The notes under the pieces are model-generated. The model did no database searches. It was not told the origin of the DNA and saw only the letters and a program-made list of their open reading frames with translations. A DNA stretch of 64,000 bases from an uncultured Methanosarcinaceae archaeon. Lineage in GTDB: Archaea > Halobacteriota > Methanosarcinia > Methanosarcinales > Methanosarcinaceae. Positions 22,075 through 35,046 of the stretch are shown here, one piece after another. The stretch spans positions 32,001 through 96,000 of the forward strand of contig CAWHXP010000011.1 of assembly GCA_963833425.1 (NCBI GenBank), given 5' to 3'. Positions within the stretch are counted from its first letter, which is position 1. Each line of letters begins with the position of its first letter. The position numbers and the translations under genes were made by a program.

Positions 22075-23489
22075 AATATAATTGACATTACCAATCGGAT
22101 ATAATTGTTTTTGTTGGATGTCAGGAATTAACAGATTTTTTAACATTTTCTGGATCGTAAAAATTCATCATAATATTTTGCATTCTACAACTGAAACGAA
22201 TCAAAACCCAGCAAAAATAAAAAGTTTTGAAATTAAATATGGCCGAAATAAATTATGTGGTAAAGTCCTTATGAAATTTCTTTCGTTCAATAAATATAGA
22301 AAAATAAAGATATACTTAAGTAATACTTTTAAAATATAAAGATAAGTTAAATCATACTTTCTAAAACTCGCAGATTTCTCACTTTAAAAGCATCTATTCA
22401 AATTCCAGTTTTTATTTCATTTAATAAATATAATTTAGTGTCGTGCTTAATATTATTTAGTTTACTTATCCATGAAACCAAGCTCTGAACTCTCAAATGG
22501 AATATACTTGGATGATGTAGACTCATGATAAGTTTTATGAAACGGCACTATTTATGCTTCCCACAAGCTCTGATTCAAACATGAATGACTATAAGGCGAT
22601 TTTAGGGACACTCTTGAGTTAAGTAATAAAATTATTTATCAACATTAAGAAAACTCAATGACGGAGCCGAGAATTAGTCAGATAATATCGATCTATAAAC
22701 GAAATCTGGAACAAGGTTAGTAATATAGTCCAAACTAATAAAAAAGTAAATGAAATCTCATTTGATGTTGAGAATAAAAGAAACCAATATTATTTTGATA
22801 CAATTAGTAAAGGATGCTGTTGATACTGATATAGAGAAGCTAGGTAAGTGTTATAGTCATCAATCATCATTCATTTGTATATTGTAAGTGAGTCTGTGGC
22901 ATTGTTTATAATAACTTTTAGTTACTTATTAATATAATTTAATTAATACATTTTTAGTATTTATTTTTATCAACAAGTCTTCACATCGAAAATAAAAATA
23001 GACCCTTTTAATAAAAACAAACTATTAATTTAAAATCAAAAAAATTACTATGTTAAATTCTTTGCAGTTAGCAAATATTAATTTGGATAGGAGGCATCCG
23101 TTTTTGGCAGTTTTCTCTATAACTTGGTAAATTATTTGAAAATATAGAATCAGATTTATTGAATTGGAAAAATACTCTTTTTTAATATTTTTCATATATG
23201 CTATTATACATGAACACTTAGGATTAAATATTGGCAAATAAATTATTTTATATAATTATTTCATTAATACAAATCATCCTAGGTTAGTTTCTAACACTCA
23301 TTTTGAATCAAAAATGACTAAATGAGACAGAAGATAACAAATTTAAAGATTATAGCCACTCGATTAATTGATTCGATATCAAGAACTAGCAGTATGCAAT
23401 GCCAAGAAGCCGATTGATAAATACTTTATATATAATCAAACATCTTCTGATTTTTTAGATTTATAAAATAAGGAGAATGGTGAAAATAA

Positions 23490-26488
23490 ATGATAAGTAA
23501 ACATAAGTTATATTTATTCTTGATTTCAACAACCATGATTTTAATTCTGACAAGTATAGCAGGTGCATTTCAAGATGCCTGTATTACAAACTACTGGAGC
23601 AACAATGTCTCTGTAATTAACACAACGAACAACATTGTCTATACCAATGTAGCTGTAGGAGATGGACCTCGGGGAGTTGCGGTCACACCTGAGGGATCAA
23701 CTGTATATATGACTAACGGAGGCAGTGGCAATGTCTCTGTAATTAACACAACAAACAACACTGCTTATGCCAGCGTACCTGTAGGAAACTGGCCTTATGG
23801 AGTTGCAGTCACACATGATGGATCAACAGTATATGTGGCAAACTACAAAAGCAGCAATGTCACAGTAATATAACACATCTAACAATACTGCCTATGACAC
23901 TGTAACCGTAGGAAATGGGCCCATTGCTTTCGGGCAGTTTATAGGTAATATTCTAGTGACTAATCCAAATATGATCATCACCAAGTCACCATCTTCAACA
24001 ACTTATAATGATGATGGTAGTGTTTCCTACACATACACTGTAACTAACGTAGGAAATTTGGATTTAAACATTACCAGTGTTATCGATAACCTTATTGGTT
24101 CAATTCCTGGCTTTGTTGGCAAAGTTGTTGGAGCTGATGGTGGTTACATTAGCACAGTTCCATACAAAACTAACCAATCTCAATTTGACGTCGATTCTAT
24201 TACAAATAACGTAACTGCAACCAGTTAGTTGTTAAACGGTAGCTTAGGTCCAACAAACCAGACTAGTGCAACAGTATATGCAGCAGGTCAGGAACGTAAT
24301 ATAACCATAATAAAGCTTCCATTTTCACCAACTTATAATGAAAATGGTACCGTTTACTACACTTACTATATAATTAACAGTGGAAATTTGGGTTTGAAAA
24401 TTACTGACGTTACAGATGAAGTTGTTGGTTCATTAATCCCCTTTAAAAACATTATTCTTCCATCGAATAGTTACACTTACATGAATAATGTTCCCTATTT
24501 AACTAACCAGACACAATTTGATGCAGGTAAAATTACCAATACCGTAATAGTAACCAGTCAGTTGTTAAATGGTACCAAAGGACAATCAAACTCTACTAGT
24601 GCAACAGTATATGCAGCAGGTCAGAATCCAAATATAACCATAACAAAAGTATCATCTTCACCAACTTATAATGAAAATGGTATGTTTACTACACCTACAC
24701 TGTAACTAACAGTGGAAATTTGGATTTGACAATTACCGGCGTTACTGATGACCACGTTGGTTCAATTACCAGGTTTATTGGCACTACTCTTGGAGCTAAT
24801 GGTGGTACTGCTAGAATAACAGTTCCCTACGCGACTAACCGGACACAATTTGACGCTGGTTATATTACCAATAACATAACTGTAACCAGTGTTTTGTTAA
24901 ATGGTAGTGCAGGGCCAACAAACCTGACTAATGCAAAAGTATATGCATCCAGTCATATTCCTACAATTTTCTGGAGTAATCCTTCTAACATAACCTATGG
25001 AACAGCATTAAGTAGTACCCAGCTAAATGCAACTGCTTCAGTAAATGGGACATTTAACTATGATCCACCATCAGGAACTGTATTAAGTATAGGTACACAT
25101 ACCTTGAGTATTATTTTCACACCAACTGATACTGCAAACTATACTACAGCAACAAAAAATGTTTCAACCAATGTGACTCCTGCTACATTGCCTATAGCAC
25201 AATTTACTGCAAATACAACTACGGGTAATGCTCCACTAACTGTACAGTTCACTGATACAAGCACAGGATCACCAACTTCATGGAACTGGTCATTTGGAGA
25301 TGGAACTTATGCTACGCAACAGAACCCAGTGCATACTTACTCGACAGCTGGAAACTATCAAGTTAGAATGACAGCAATCAATAGTGCTGGTCAATCAAAA
25401 TCAAAACCTACTAAGATAACGGTAGATTCTGCCACTGCAACACCACCCGATCAGGGTGCAGGTCTGACAATAATAAAATCAGCATCTCCAATGAGTTACG
25501 ACGCTATAGGACAAACTATCACATACACTTACACTGTAAAAAATATAGGAAATGTGGATCTCACAGGTCTTCAGATTATAGACGACAAGTTTGGCTCAAT
25601 CAAGCTTTCAGCAACTAGTCTTGCCCCAAATGCTCAAACTACAGGAACAGCTACCTACATAACAACACAGCATGATCTTGATGCTGGTTATGTGACCAAT
25701 TTAGCTACTGCAACGGGTTTATTCAACGGTAAGAAAATTACTTCAAACAACGACGTGGGGTCGTTCTCTATGAACATGAACATCATCAAGAACATCCAAC
25801 CAATGAAAGAGATTTTGGACCTAACTATGGGGGTGCTTTTTCGCCACCGATGATGTCTGGCATTCCTGTGTATGGCAGTCTGATGTATGGCAGTCCTATA
25901 GATGGAAGTGGGCCTCCGTACACAACAGAAGCACCACGGTTGGACTTGATTGGTTCCAAAACGAAGGCTTCTTTGGAGAAACATAAACAAAAAAACCATT
26001 CAAAACACCACAAAATAGAAAAAAATCACTCAAAACACCATAAAGTTAGGAATATACGCCATCCTTAGGAATTGTACTCAATGCAGGTATGCATACATTG
26101 ACTATTGCTTTCACGCCAACTGATACTAAAAACTGTACTACAGCGTCAAAAATTGCTGCGATCAATGTTCTGAAGGCCACTCCTGCAATATCTGGAGTAA
26201 TCCTGCTAACATGTGTCAAGGAATGCCATTAACTATGATCAGTTAGATGCAAGTGCTTTAAATGCAGCTGGAGTCGCAGTACCAGGAATTTTCTATAATC
26301 CAGACGTACGCACTGTATTGAATGCAGGTCAGCAACTGCCATTGTCTATGTATTTCGAACCTGCTGATGCCTTAAATTATGCTAACGCGTCAAAGACTGT
26401 TTATATTAACGTGAACCAGTGCCCAGAAAAGCATGGATTCGACCGCGAGTCGGAGTATAGTACATTTCTTCCATTAAATTGGGGGTAA
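23490..26488 (+). pseudogene. Large cell-surface protein (YVTN propeller + DUF11/DUF7507-like Ig repeats + MBG-like + PKD), fragmented
   Basis: Signal peptide; VYVAN..S.NVSVI/VG..P.GVAVT blades; YTYTVTN.GN repeats; WSNPSNITYGTALSSTQLNA; FTDTSTGSPTSWNWSFGDG PKD; broken by frameshifts and one in-frame TAG. Confidence 0.85.
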
Positions 26489-26549
26489 AAATCCTAATAA
26501 AATCTAAAAAGTAAGGAGTCCAGCACCTCCTTTTTCTAATCTTTTACAT

Positions 26550-26771
26550 TCATAAGTTCGCAAAGTTCCCCGTTATTCCTGTTTCACACGTTGAAAGAGT
26601 CAAAAGTTCAGGCTGTGCACCAATTTTCATTATTTCCCTTGCTGTAAGAATGCTATCCTCCAGCACAATACCAGAATCAAGAGGATCAGATGGATTGAAG
26701 CCTGCGCAAGTGCTCATATGATAATTCACCTTTCTATCAACAATTTCACAAATGACTTTACGATGCTCCAT
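26550..26771 (-). pseudogene. CHAT (caspase-like) domain fragment
   Basis: FNPSDPLDSGIVLED..LTAREI....ELLTLSTCETG matches the CHAT LSACxTG motif; truncated. Confidence 0.7.
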
Positions 26772-27251
26772 TAGTTTTAAGGTCTATTTTAGTTAATATA
26801 TGAACACTCTTGTTTAAAATGGCATGTACGGACAGTGCACATCCACTTATCAGCAGGGGTATAAAGCATGTGGTAACAAATTACAAAACTTACGTAAATA
26901 ACGATTTTAGACATTTACATTTATCGACTCCGTAGAAAACCTATCTAAATCAGCTACATTGGACTGAAAATAAATAAGTAAAAATATATTGGGTCATACA
27001 GTTCAAAATAATGGAAATCCGATATTTCATATGAAAAAAATTGTGGTGCCCAATTGCATAGATGCAATTTTTTGCATGCCTCAGTTCCTTTTAATGGTAC
27101 GATGGTAGCTTAAAATAAATTCGCATGTGAATTTTTTTATCTTCGAAAAAGAAAAATAAACATCTATTAAAAATTTATACACAAATTATTGGTTAAAACA
27201 AAAAAATACCAGGGTAAAATGATGGGAAAATGATTATAACTCCCAGTCCCT

Positions 27252-27605
27252 TCAATTTGAGAAATTATCCATTTCGCACCATTTGAATTCCCCTTCCCAA
27301 ACCTTTACCTTCAGAGGAAAACCGAACCGTTCCAGAAGGTTTGAGTGAATTCTCTGGCAGACATATTCAGAACTAGGGAACTCTATTAATTCGTTTAATA
27401 AAATATGATCATACTCCTGAAGAGTTTCTTTTAAGCCACTTTTCAGGTCGTAAAAATCAATTATCATCCCATTTTCCTGTATTTCACCCTCTATTAAGAC
27501 CTCTATTTTATAAGTGTGGCCATGCACTTTGCCACATTTTCCATGTCCTGGAAGGTAATGGGCACTGTCTATGTAGTCAATGATTCCCAATCTCATTTTT
27601 GTCAT
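27252..27605 (-). CDS. queD: 6-carboxy-5,6,7,8-tetrahydropterin synthase
   Basis: SAHYLPGHGKCGKVHGHTY, DHILLN, VWEG motifs. Confidence 0.92.
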   Translation of the reverse strand: MTKMRLGIIDYIDSAHYLPGHGKCGKVHGHTYKIEVLIEGEIQENGMIIDFYDLKSGLKETLQEYDHILLNELIEFPSSEYVCQRIHSNLLERFGFPLKVKVWEGEFKWCEMDNFSN

Positions 27606-27790
27606 CCTATATACTCCATTTCAGTCAAGCAGCTTTTCTATTATGTTATTCCCTCTCAAATTCTTCCCTCATTAAGAAATTTTTTGTTATTTTTTGGGTT
27701 TTGACTTGATTGCAGTAAATTGCTAGTTTAATTAAAGGTAACTTTTGGCCATCCCACAGGATTTAAAAGTATCTTTATTAATAATATCGG

Positions 27791-28558
27791 CTATAAGCAT
27801 CCCCACATCCTGTGGGTCTGAGGGATGATTCGTGTGTCTGTAAGTTCAAGCAAGTTTTTCTGCAGTTCCAGAATTTTTTGTACTGAAGCTTTAGTAAACT
27901 GCTGAGTTGTTGCCACGTTGCCAATTGGGGTTTCGGGCTGGAGAATTAAACAAGATACATACGTTGCTATAGCCTCTGCGGCCATGATCACGGTTTCGAA
28001 TTTAGTGTTTCTGCTTACAACTATTTTGCAAAAACAGTCTCTTGAATTAGTTTTTTTCAGGTGCATGAAGCATTCGATTGAATTTTTAACATGGACTTCC
28101 CAGTTATCTGGGTTACTATTCTGAATGGTTTCAGGAAGTTTGAAATCCCCGGCAACATAAGTGACCTTTTCACTAATTTTTCTGGCCTGTTTAGGTAGGG
28201 TCATATTGGATTCCAAGTAAAGGGGTAATGACAAATTTAGTTTTTCTATGAAATCTGCATTCAAGAGAGGTTCTCCTCCTGTAAGGGACACTGAATGAAT
28301 CTTTTTGAAAGGCTGCAGCATAGTTTCCAGTTTTTCGATACTTACAGGGTTATGAATTTTTTCAAAGTTTCCACTTCCTTCTATCTTCTCGTAATCGCAG
28401 GTCTCTATATTTGCAAAATTTGTATCACAATAGTTACAATTGAGGTTGCAACCTGAAAAGCGGACGAAAGCCTGCCTTGCGCCTACATATGGGCCTTCGC
28501 CCTGTACAGAGCAGAAGACCTCCTTTATAGGAGCAAATTTATAGTCTGAAGTGGACAC
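27791..28558 (-). CDS. queE: 7-carboxy-7-deazaguanine synthase (radical SAM)
   Basis: SVQGEG, FVRFSGCNLNCNYCDT (CxxxCxxC), LTGGEP, IPQTHR; adjacent to queD. Confidence 0.92.
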   Translation of the reverse strand: MSTSDYKFAPIKEVFCSVQGEGPYVGARQAFVRFSGCNLNCNYCDTNFANIETCDYEKIEGSGNFEKIHNPVSIEKLETMLQPFKKIHSVSLTGGEPLLNADFIEKLNLSLPLYLESNMTLPKQARKISEKVTYVAGDFKLPETIQNSNPDNWEVHVKNSIECFMHLKKTNSRDCFCKIVVSRNTKFETVIMAAEAIATYVSCLILQPETPIGNVATTQQFTKASVQKILELQKNLLELTDTRIIPQTHRMWGCL

Positions 28559-29999
28559 CTATACAACTCCCATGTTGCTAAATTTCCTAAGATTCTTTTC
28601 AATATACTCCAACTCACAGATTTGAACTCATCCTACCGCTGATATGAAGTTTTAAATTTTTTTATCGCCTCTTATGCGGTCTTCTGTCATATTTTTCATA
28701 GATGTCTTGAAAAAAGTTAATTTCTTAATGAATCTTCTGGGAAACTGCATAGGTGCTGGCTGACAGATACTACTAGTTCTTTCCTAAAATGAAACTGTCA
28801 TCTCCATAGTATGCAGTTTGTACTCCAATCCAAACAAGCTTTATAAAAGGGCGATAAAAATGCGCTGCTGCGCACAACCAGCTTCAGATAGATGGAGTCA
28901 AATTGTTCGATGATAAAACTTACCCATATATTCATTGACTCTTTGTTCATCCGTCTTCAAGGTCAATCATATATTCTATTTTTATGTTATATGCATCTCT
29001 GCATACTACAACAAAGTTTTTTAAACTCTAAGAATATTGTAGCTTAGTGAATGGAGATCTAGTCAAATTTGCTAGGCAAGAAAATTTACTTCATATGCTT
29101 TTTTGTAGTTTCTGATGTAATGCGTTTTGTTTCAATTTTTCTTCCATTTTATATTCCCAGCTTTTCCTAAAAGAATTCTTTGTACATATATTTTAAAATG
29201 CATATGCTGAGCATCCAGCTTTCATAGTCTCCGTAGGGAAATTCCCTTCCAAAATAGCAACTCTAGCCGTGCTTAAGGGAGATTTTTACTTCCAGAATAT
29301 TTTTGACTATTATGTTATTTCAAGTTTTATTAGGGGGTTGTACAGTTACTTATTCTGTTTGGGCAGTAAAAGATATATCTACTGCTTGCGCATGGACCAG
29401 GATTTGCAAGTGAAAGTTTCGGCCTAATATTCCTTAAAACAATTATATTGTCATCAAATTAGCTGCTTTCGGTAAAAGCTCACGCGATATTGAGCATCAG
29501 ACATTTCTGGTAGGGAATTAAAAGGACTTTACTGAAGCTCCTGTGATGTATTTAGAGATCACTTAATCAAATTTTCTAAATATAACTAAGGAAGTTCAGC
29601 ACTCCTAATTGATCTGAGTGATCGCCTTATTTATGAAAGCCGTTGCGACTTGATGATATATGCTCGATTTCGGATAGCCACATCTTTTTGAAAATATTCA
29701 ATTTCCCTTTTCCTGTCAATCTATTTTTTATCAAAAGTTATTCCTATATCAACGTCGCAACTTTGAATCGCAATTCCAAGTGCTGCAAATGAATCAAGCT
29801 CGTTAGTCGAGAGGTTATAGTTTTCATTTTTGAATAAAGATTTGAATTCACTATTTTGAGTTATTTATCCTCCATAAATTTCTTTACATCCATTATTCCA
29901 GGATCCCTTGGATATTCTTAAGAGATTATCCTGATAATACCTAACCCATATTTAAAAGTAGCTGTTTTCTGGGCTTTTGTAAAGGAGTCTGGAATTATA

Positions 30000-31083
30000 G
30001 ACAATTTCGATAATTTTTACTAATGAAAACTCTTACTGATCTTGTTCTTAAGAAGACCCCAAAAGTCTCCGGTAAGTTGGGAACAAACTTGCTGAATTGA
30101 TTCTTTATTTGATTGGAATTTTTTTACGTATCATTTTTGGGTCCATATATTTCAAAAAAATGGATCCCAAAGTAGATCTGAAACGGAAATAGTAATTATG
30201 TTTGAGATGTTTGTTTTGTAGCAAACGTGGGGTCTTTCATACTTTGAAAGTGAACAAAAAATTTATTGATCGAATTTCTTTCAGGGAATTACTTGGTTTT
30301 CTCGAATACATCGTAGACAGTAACACATTTTTGTAATTCAGAAAGAAATTATTTATAACTGAAAAGAAGAAAAATGTGGAGGCATTTTAAAGCCAACTTT
30401 ATTTCCGTGATTTGAAAATATAAAAGGGAATGTTTCAGGAATCTACTTTTATCCATTCGGATTCGCATGCTAAATCAGATAAACCTCGAAAAAAAAGCAA
30501 AAACAAGAATTTTCAGAGACGGTGCTTGGACAAAAAAGGTAGAAAGCAACACTTTGGATATAAGCTTCATAGCATAATAGACACGGATTATGGATTGATC
30601 AGAAGATCCAAAACAACAACGTCATTACGTCATGATTTATAGGTAGATTTATTAGAAAAAAATGAAATGGTTTAGAGATTCAGATATATCTTGGAGCAAA
30701 ACCAAAAGGTTATGATGCAACAATGAAAAAAAACAGTAAAAAATCAGTATTTAAGGAGTAATATATTAGAAACAGGACGATTAGCTCAAAAATAACTATG
30801 GGGATGAATTTCTGCAATAACTAAATAATATTCAAAGTAGGATAAGTTCTTGACACTAGTGTTTACAGAGTGAATCTGAAGATGTTGTGTACAGCTTTTT
30901 GTTATAATCTCGATCATTTGATGACATTGAAAATAAAAGAAGTATTATTAGGTATAGGTGAACTATCTTTAAATTCGAAGAATGATGAGCCAGATAAAGA
31001 ATAGAGTCAAACACATAAATTAATGAGAACGATTTGGACAATGTTCTCTCGAAGAAAAAAAATTGGAGTAGGCTAAAATCCTC
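30000..31083 (+). mobile_element. IS5-family element, decayed near-full-length copy
   Basis: Degenerate TIRs GACAATTTCGATAA ... AAAATCCTC; fragments IDRISFRELLGFLEYI and HFGYKLHSIIDTDYGLIR; homologous to 20435-21064. Confidence 0.75.
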
Positions 31084-31350
31084 TATTTTGTATCTATACT
31101 TAGGTACTAATACTTTGTGATAGGTTGTCTGACAATTGCCACGGCTAAAGCTGTTAAATCCCACTTTTTTGTATAACATTTTTGTAAGATGTGGGTGGCA
31201 TAACTATGACTATGGTGCCAAAAACATATCCATTTTACAAAGAACCGATTATATAGAGGACAAAAATAGATCCAAAAAGTGAGGGTTCACTTTACCCGCT
31301 GATAAAGAATGAGGTATTCTTGATCTTTCTAATTCCCGACACAATAAGTC
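31084..31350. mobile_element. IS200/IS605 remnant (TnpA N-terminal fragment and end sequence)
   Basis: Minus-strand TTYHKVLVPKYRY resembles TnpA YHxVxxPKYR; CCACGGCTAAAGC hairpin half-site. Confidence 0.5.
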
Positions 31351-31404
31351 GTCAAAGTTCTTTGAAACATTATAGACAAAGCAAAAATCGAAAAGCCCTT
31401 TAAA

Positions 31405-31578
31405 TCACTTTACAAGCGCTTTTGCCGATCTTCTGATGAAGCGTCTCTTGTGACCTGAAGAAGTGAAGCGCTGCGCAGGCCCTGGATGCGCTTTTAGTGC
31501 CTGTGATTTCTGGACCTTAATTACTTTTCCTTTTCTACCTTTTACCTTTACCCAATTGATACTACCGGTTTTGCCCAT
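31405..31578 (-). CDS. Small basic protein, DUF5350-like (57 aa)
   Basis: Intact [60 protein letters not shown] with AGAGG RBS; absent from the ORF track. Confidence 0.85.
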   Translation of the reverse strand: MGKTGSINWVKVKGRKGKVIKVQKSQALKAHPGPAQRFTSSGHKRRFIRRSAKALVK

Positions 31579-32788
31579 TATCATTCCTCTTTAGCTTTCA
31601 ATCTTAATTTTCTATGAATTTATTAATATTTTATCACGTACCGCATTTCCTAGAGTCATCAATTTGTCGATAAACGCTGTCTGTTGCCTTGGATATTTCT
31701 TCTTAGACAGTTTTCAACAAATAAATATTTCTTGATTTTGCAGCTTTAAATTGATGATTTCCAATGATATCTGGAATATTCAAAATATTTTAAAATATGG
31801 AAGTTTGAAATTATAAATATAATTAAGCCTTGGGTTTATCATAAAGAGAAATGCTAGTAATTAAATGTTACGGACATTGGCTGAAAATAGGGTATAAACT
31901 GTGAAAAATGAGAAATGAATACAATGTAAAATCCAATTATTAAAATAGTGTAACCTGAGAACTGAGGAATTTTATTCTAAAAAGATCAATTAGCAAAAAA
32001 ATGATATCGTTTCGCCCAAACTTCTAGGCTCAATAGAGGAACTTGTGGAAGTAAAGGATTTCCATGAATCTGAGTCTGTTATTATTATCAAATAATTGGG
32101 GTTCGTGTGTTAACTCTATGCACTGTGATGCACTAAAGAGTTTAATTATCAGTTTTTCTGCTCGATGCAGATCTAACTATTATTAAAAAGATGTATCCTA
32201 AAGCTGTATCCCGATCCCTTATTATGGGGTTTGTGATCAGAAAGGGAGAATTTGTGTCGCAGTATATAGTCTGAAAAACAAAACCTGATGTTCTGATATT
32301 TTCCTTTATAAAAATCGATGTAAAATATATTAGAGTGACACTTCTACTCGCAAAATTGATACTCACATGCTTAACAAGGAAACTGGTGAATCAGACAAAG
32401 TTAATTTGCGCCAGATAAACGATTTAAGTGGGTATAGAAACTATCATTCCAACTTGAGTACCCTTACTGTAAAGCGATTTGCCAAGAGACCCGGGGTTAC
32501 GAAGAAGCTTACCTTATACAGATGATTAATTTTTAAGGAGCTATGCAAAATTATTTTGGAATGAATTACTTGAAACATGTTCCGAGAATAATATGATCAC
32601 AAATTCGGGAATTTCTCATAAATAATTTCGAACTTGAAGTCTTCGTATATTCTGGAAGTGAATTTTTGAAACACAATCCAAGATCAATTAATAACTTAAA
32701 TGGCCAAATAAGTGTAAAGTAAAAGTAATTAATACTCATGTAAAAATTTTACTAGTTAATGACGGCAAAAAAAAAATAAGAAATAATT

Positions 32789-33475
32789 TCATTTTCTGTT
32801 CCCTTTAACCTTCCATTTAAGAAGTACCCCATTCTCGATCTTTTCCATGGATAGTAGTTCAAGTTCTAAAACTTTAGCTTCAGAGAATCCCTCTCCGTCA
32901 GTAAAAGTTGGGGAAGTAGCTCCTCCGATAATAAGATTTCCTACAAAGGTATATATTTCATCAACAAGGCCTGCAGAAAGCATGCCCCAGTTAAGGGTTG
33001 AACCTCCCTCTACCATAAGAATATTTATTCCCATTTTCTTCAATTTTCCTACAAGCTCTGAAAGATCAACTTTATTAGTCTCCGTTTTAATAACAAGCGC
33101 CATTTTCTCCAGTTTTTCTACATTTTCTGCAGGAGCCGCATTTGAAACTGCAATTATTCTTATTCCATCCCCTTTTTTGAAAATATCTGCATTCACAGGG
33201 GTTCTTGCGGAACTATCCACAATAATTCTTGCTGGATTTTCACTTTTCCCAGCTGCTTTCCTGGCAGCTTTCCTTTCTGGAGATTTCACAGTAAGGCTTG
33301 GATCATCTGAAAGGATAGTTCCTATCCCTACCATCACTGCATCTGCCTGAGATCTTAGATCATCCATTCGTTCAAAATCAAGCTTTCCAGAGATCCGAAT
33401 CTGTTTCCTTTCCTTTGTTGAGAGTTTACCGTCAGCTGAGATAGCAGAATTGATAAAAATGAAAGGCCTGTCCAT
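32789..33475 (-). CDS. arfC: 2,5-diamino-6-(ribosylamino)-4(3H)-pyrimidinone 5'-phosphate reductase
   Basis: RPFIFINSAISADGK, DAVMVGIGT..DDPSLTV, LMVEGG, RibD C-terminal fold. Confidence 0.9.
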   Translation of the reverse strand: MDRPFIFINSAISADGKLSTKERKQIRISGKLDFERMDDLRSQADAVMVGIGTILSDDPSLTVKSPERKAARKAAGKSENPARIIVDSSARTPVNADIFKKGDGIRIIAVSNAAPAENVEKLEKMALVIKTETNKVDLSELVGKLKKMGINILMVEGGSTLNWGMLSAGLVDEIYTFVGNLIIGGATSPTFTDGEGFSEAKVLELELLSMEKIENGVLLKWKVKGNRK

Positions 33476-33636
33476 TTTCAGGCTCCTGAAATAGATCTCT
33501 TTTGGAGGAATTTTCGTTCGAAAAAAAGACGCATCTTATTAACATTTATTGAGTAAGCTCCATAGTTCATTTAATTTTTTTGTTTGCTCCGTATTAAGAG
33601 GTTAATTGCTGATTTGCGAGCGGATCTTAACCTGAA

Positions 33637-34491
33637 TTATTCCATTTCGACCAAAGGCTTCAGAAGATCATGATCTCTCAAAAGCCCCTGAAGTTTGCGG
33701 TTAGAGTTAATGATTGGAACCTGGTCAATCCTATTCCGCTTCATCTTCCTTGCACAATCGCTGACAGATGCAATATAAGTGGCTGTGATCGGTTCACTGA
33801 TCATAATATCACTTGCGATCATGTTAGGGACTTTGATCCTTGAAACACTATAGTAGATGCTCATGGTATCACGCATCGATTCCCAGGTCCAAGCATCATC
33901 GTCCAATCCTGCAGACATATCTGACATCTCTACACTGTCCTCAATTATGCTGGCAGAAATTACGTCACGATCCGAGATTATTCCTACGAGTTCCAGATTC
34001 GCATCAAGCACAGGGACAGCCTTGACTCCTGCAAGCTCCATTATCCTGGCAACAACAGGCAAAGGTGTTTCATTATAAATAGCAACTACTTCTTTTTCTA
34101 CGTAATCCTTGATGGGAATATCGATATTCATATCTGCAATTGTTGCCACAACATCTGCAACAGTAACAAGTCCTACGAGTTTTCCCTCATCTACGACCGG
34201 GAGCCTCCTTATGCGGTGTTCTAAAAGAAGACGTGCTGCAGTCTGCAGGGCTGACCCAGGGGATATGGTTATAGGATTCCTTGTCATAAGAAGGGCTAGC
34301 TGTTCTTCTTCAGGGTTTTGTAGAAGATTCGTCCTGGTCACGATTCCTACAACTTTGGAGTCTTTAATTACCGGAACCCCTGATATATGTTTGTTCTTAA
34401 GAACTTTAAGAATTTCGTCCCTTGAGCCTGGTAGGGTTGCACTTGCTACATCCCTGACCATAATATCTTCAATGAAGATGTTTTTTGGCAT
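33637..34491 (-). CDS. CBS-domain protein (4 CBS)
   Basis: Repeated ISGVPV/IRRLPVVD/VKAVPVLD/IDQVPII CBS motifs. Confidence 0.9.
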   Translation of the reverse strand: MPKNIFIEDIMVRDVASATLPGSRDEILKVLKNKHISGVPVIKDSKVVGIVTRTNLLQNPEEEQLALLMTRNPITISPGSALQTAARLLLEHRIRRLPVVDEGKLVGLVTVADVVATIADMNIDIPIKDYVEKEVVAIYNETPLPVVARIMELAGVKAVPVLDANLELVGIISDRDVISASIIEDSVEMSDMSAGLDDDAWTWESMRDTMSIYYSVSRIKVPNMIASDIMISEPITATYIASVSDCARKMKRNRIDQVPIINSNRKLQGLLRDHDLLKPLVEME

Positions 34492-34577
34492 GCGATTTAC
34501 ACCTTTGTATCCTCTGAATCCGGATTTACTTTTTATGTCCCTTTCTCAAAAGATTTCTCATTTGATAGAAAGAATCA

Positions 34578-35042
34578 TCACTGTTCTTCACCCCGGACTA
34601 CTAGAACCGGGATTTTTGAGCTTCTCATTACTTTTTCTGCAACACTCCCCATTAAAAACCTATCGAGTCCGGTTTTTCCGAGGGTACCGACTACTATAAT
34701 GTCAGCGTTATTATTTTCTGCGAAATTGATAATTTCACTGCTAGGATGTCCTTCCAAGATAACATCTCTTACATTTACTCCTGATGCCTCTCCAAGTTCT
34801 CTTACTTCGGATACCGCCTTCTCTCCTTCTTTTCTTAGGACCTCATACATTTCTTCCCACCCGCCATCCATCGGTATCGAGGAAAAAGAAGATGTATCCA
34901 CCACGTAGAGAGTGTGAACCGTGGCTCCGCTAAGTTTTGCAATTCCAATACCGTAAGAAATAGCTTTCTTGCTATTTTCGGATCCGTCTGTTGCAATCAC
35001 TATATTCCGGTAAAACTCGCTCTTCATGTCTTTGTTCTCCAT
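34578..35042 (-). CDS. Universal stress protein
   Basis: IVIATDGSENS...GHPSSEII..AE...DIIVVGTLGKTGLDRFLMGSVAEKV. Confidence 0.9.
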   Translation of the reverse strand: MENKDMKSEFYRNIVIATDGSENSKKAISYGIGIAKLSGATVHTLYVVDTSSFSSIPMDGGWEEMYEVLRKEGEKAVSEVRELGEASGVNVRDVILEGHPSSEIINFAENNNADIIVVGTLGKTGLDRFLMGSVAEKVMRSSKIPVLVVRGEEQ

Positions 35043-35046
35043 TTGC

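Noticed and set aside
26550..26771. CHAT protease as part of a TPR-CHAT or Craspase-type system
   Set aside because: Only a short fragment; no partner genes nearby
28600..29880. Coding-like minus-strand region behind a GGAGG site
   Set aside because: Too many stops and frameshifts, and no recognisable family; probably an old pseudogene
31990..32560. Possible decayed plus-strand gene
   Set aside because: No motif I can assign
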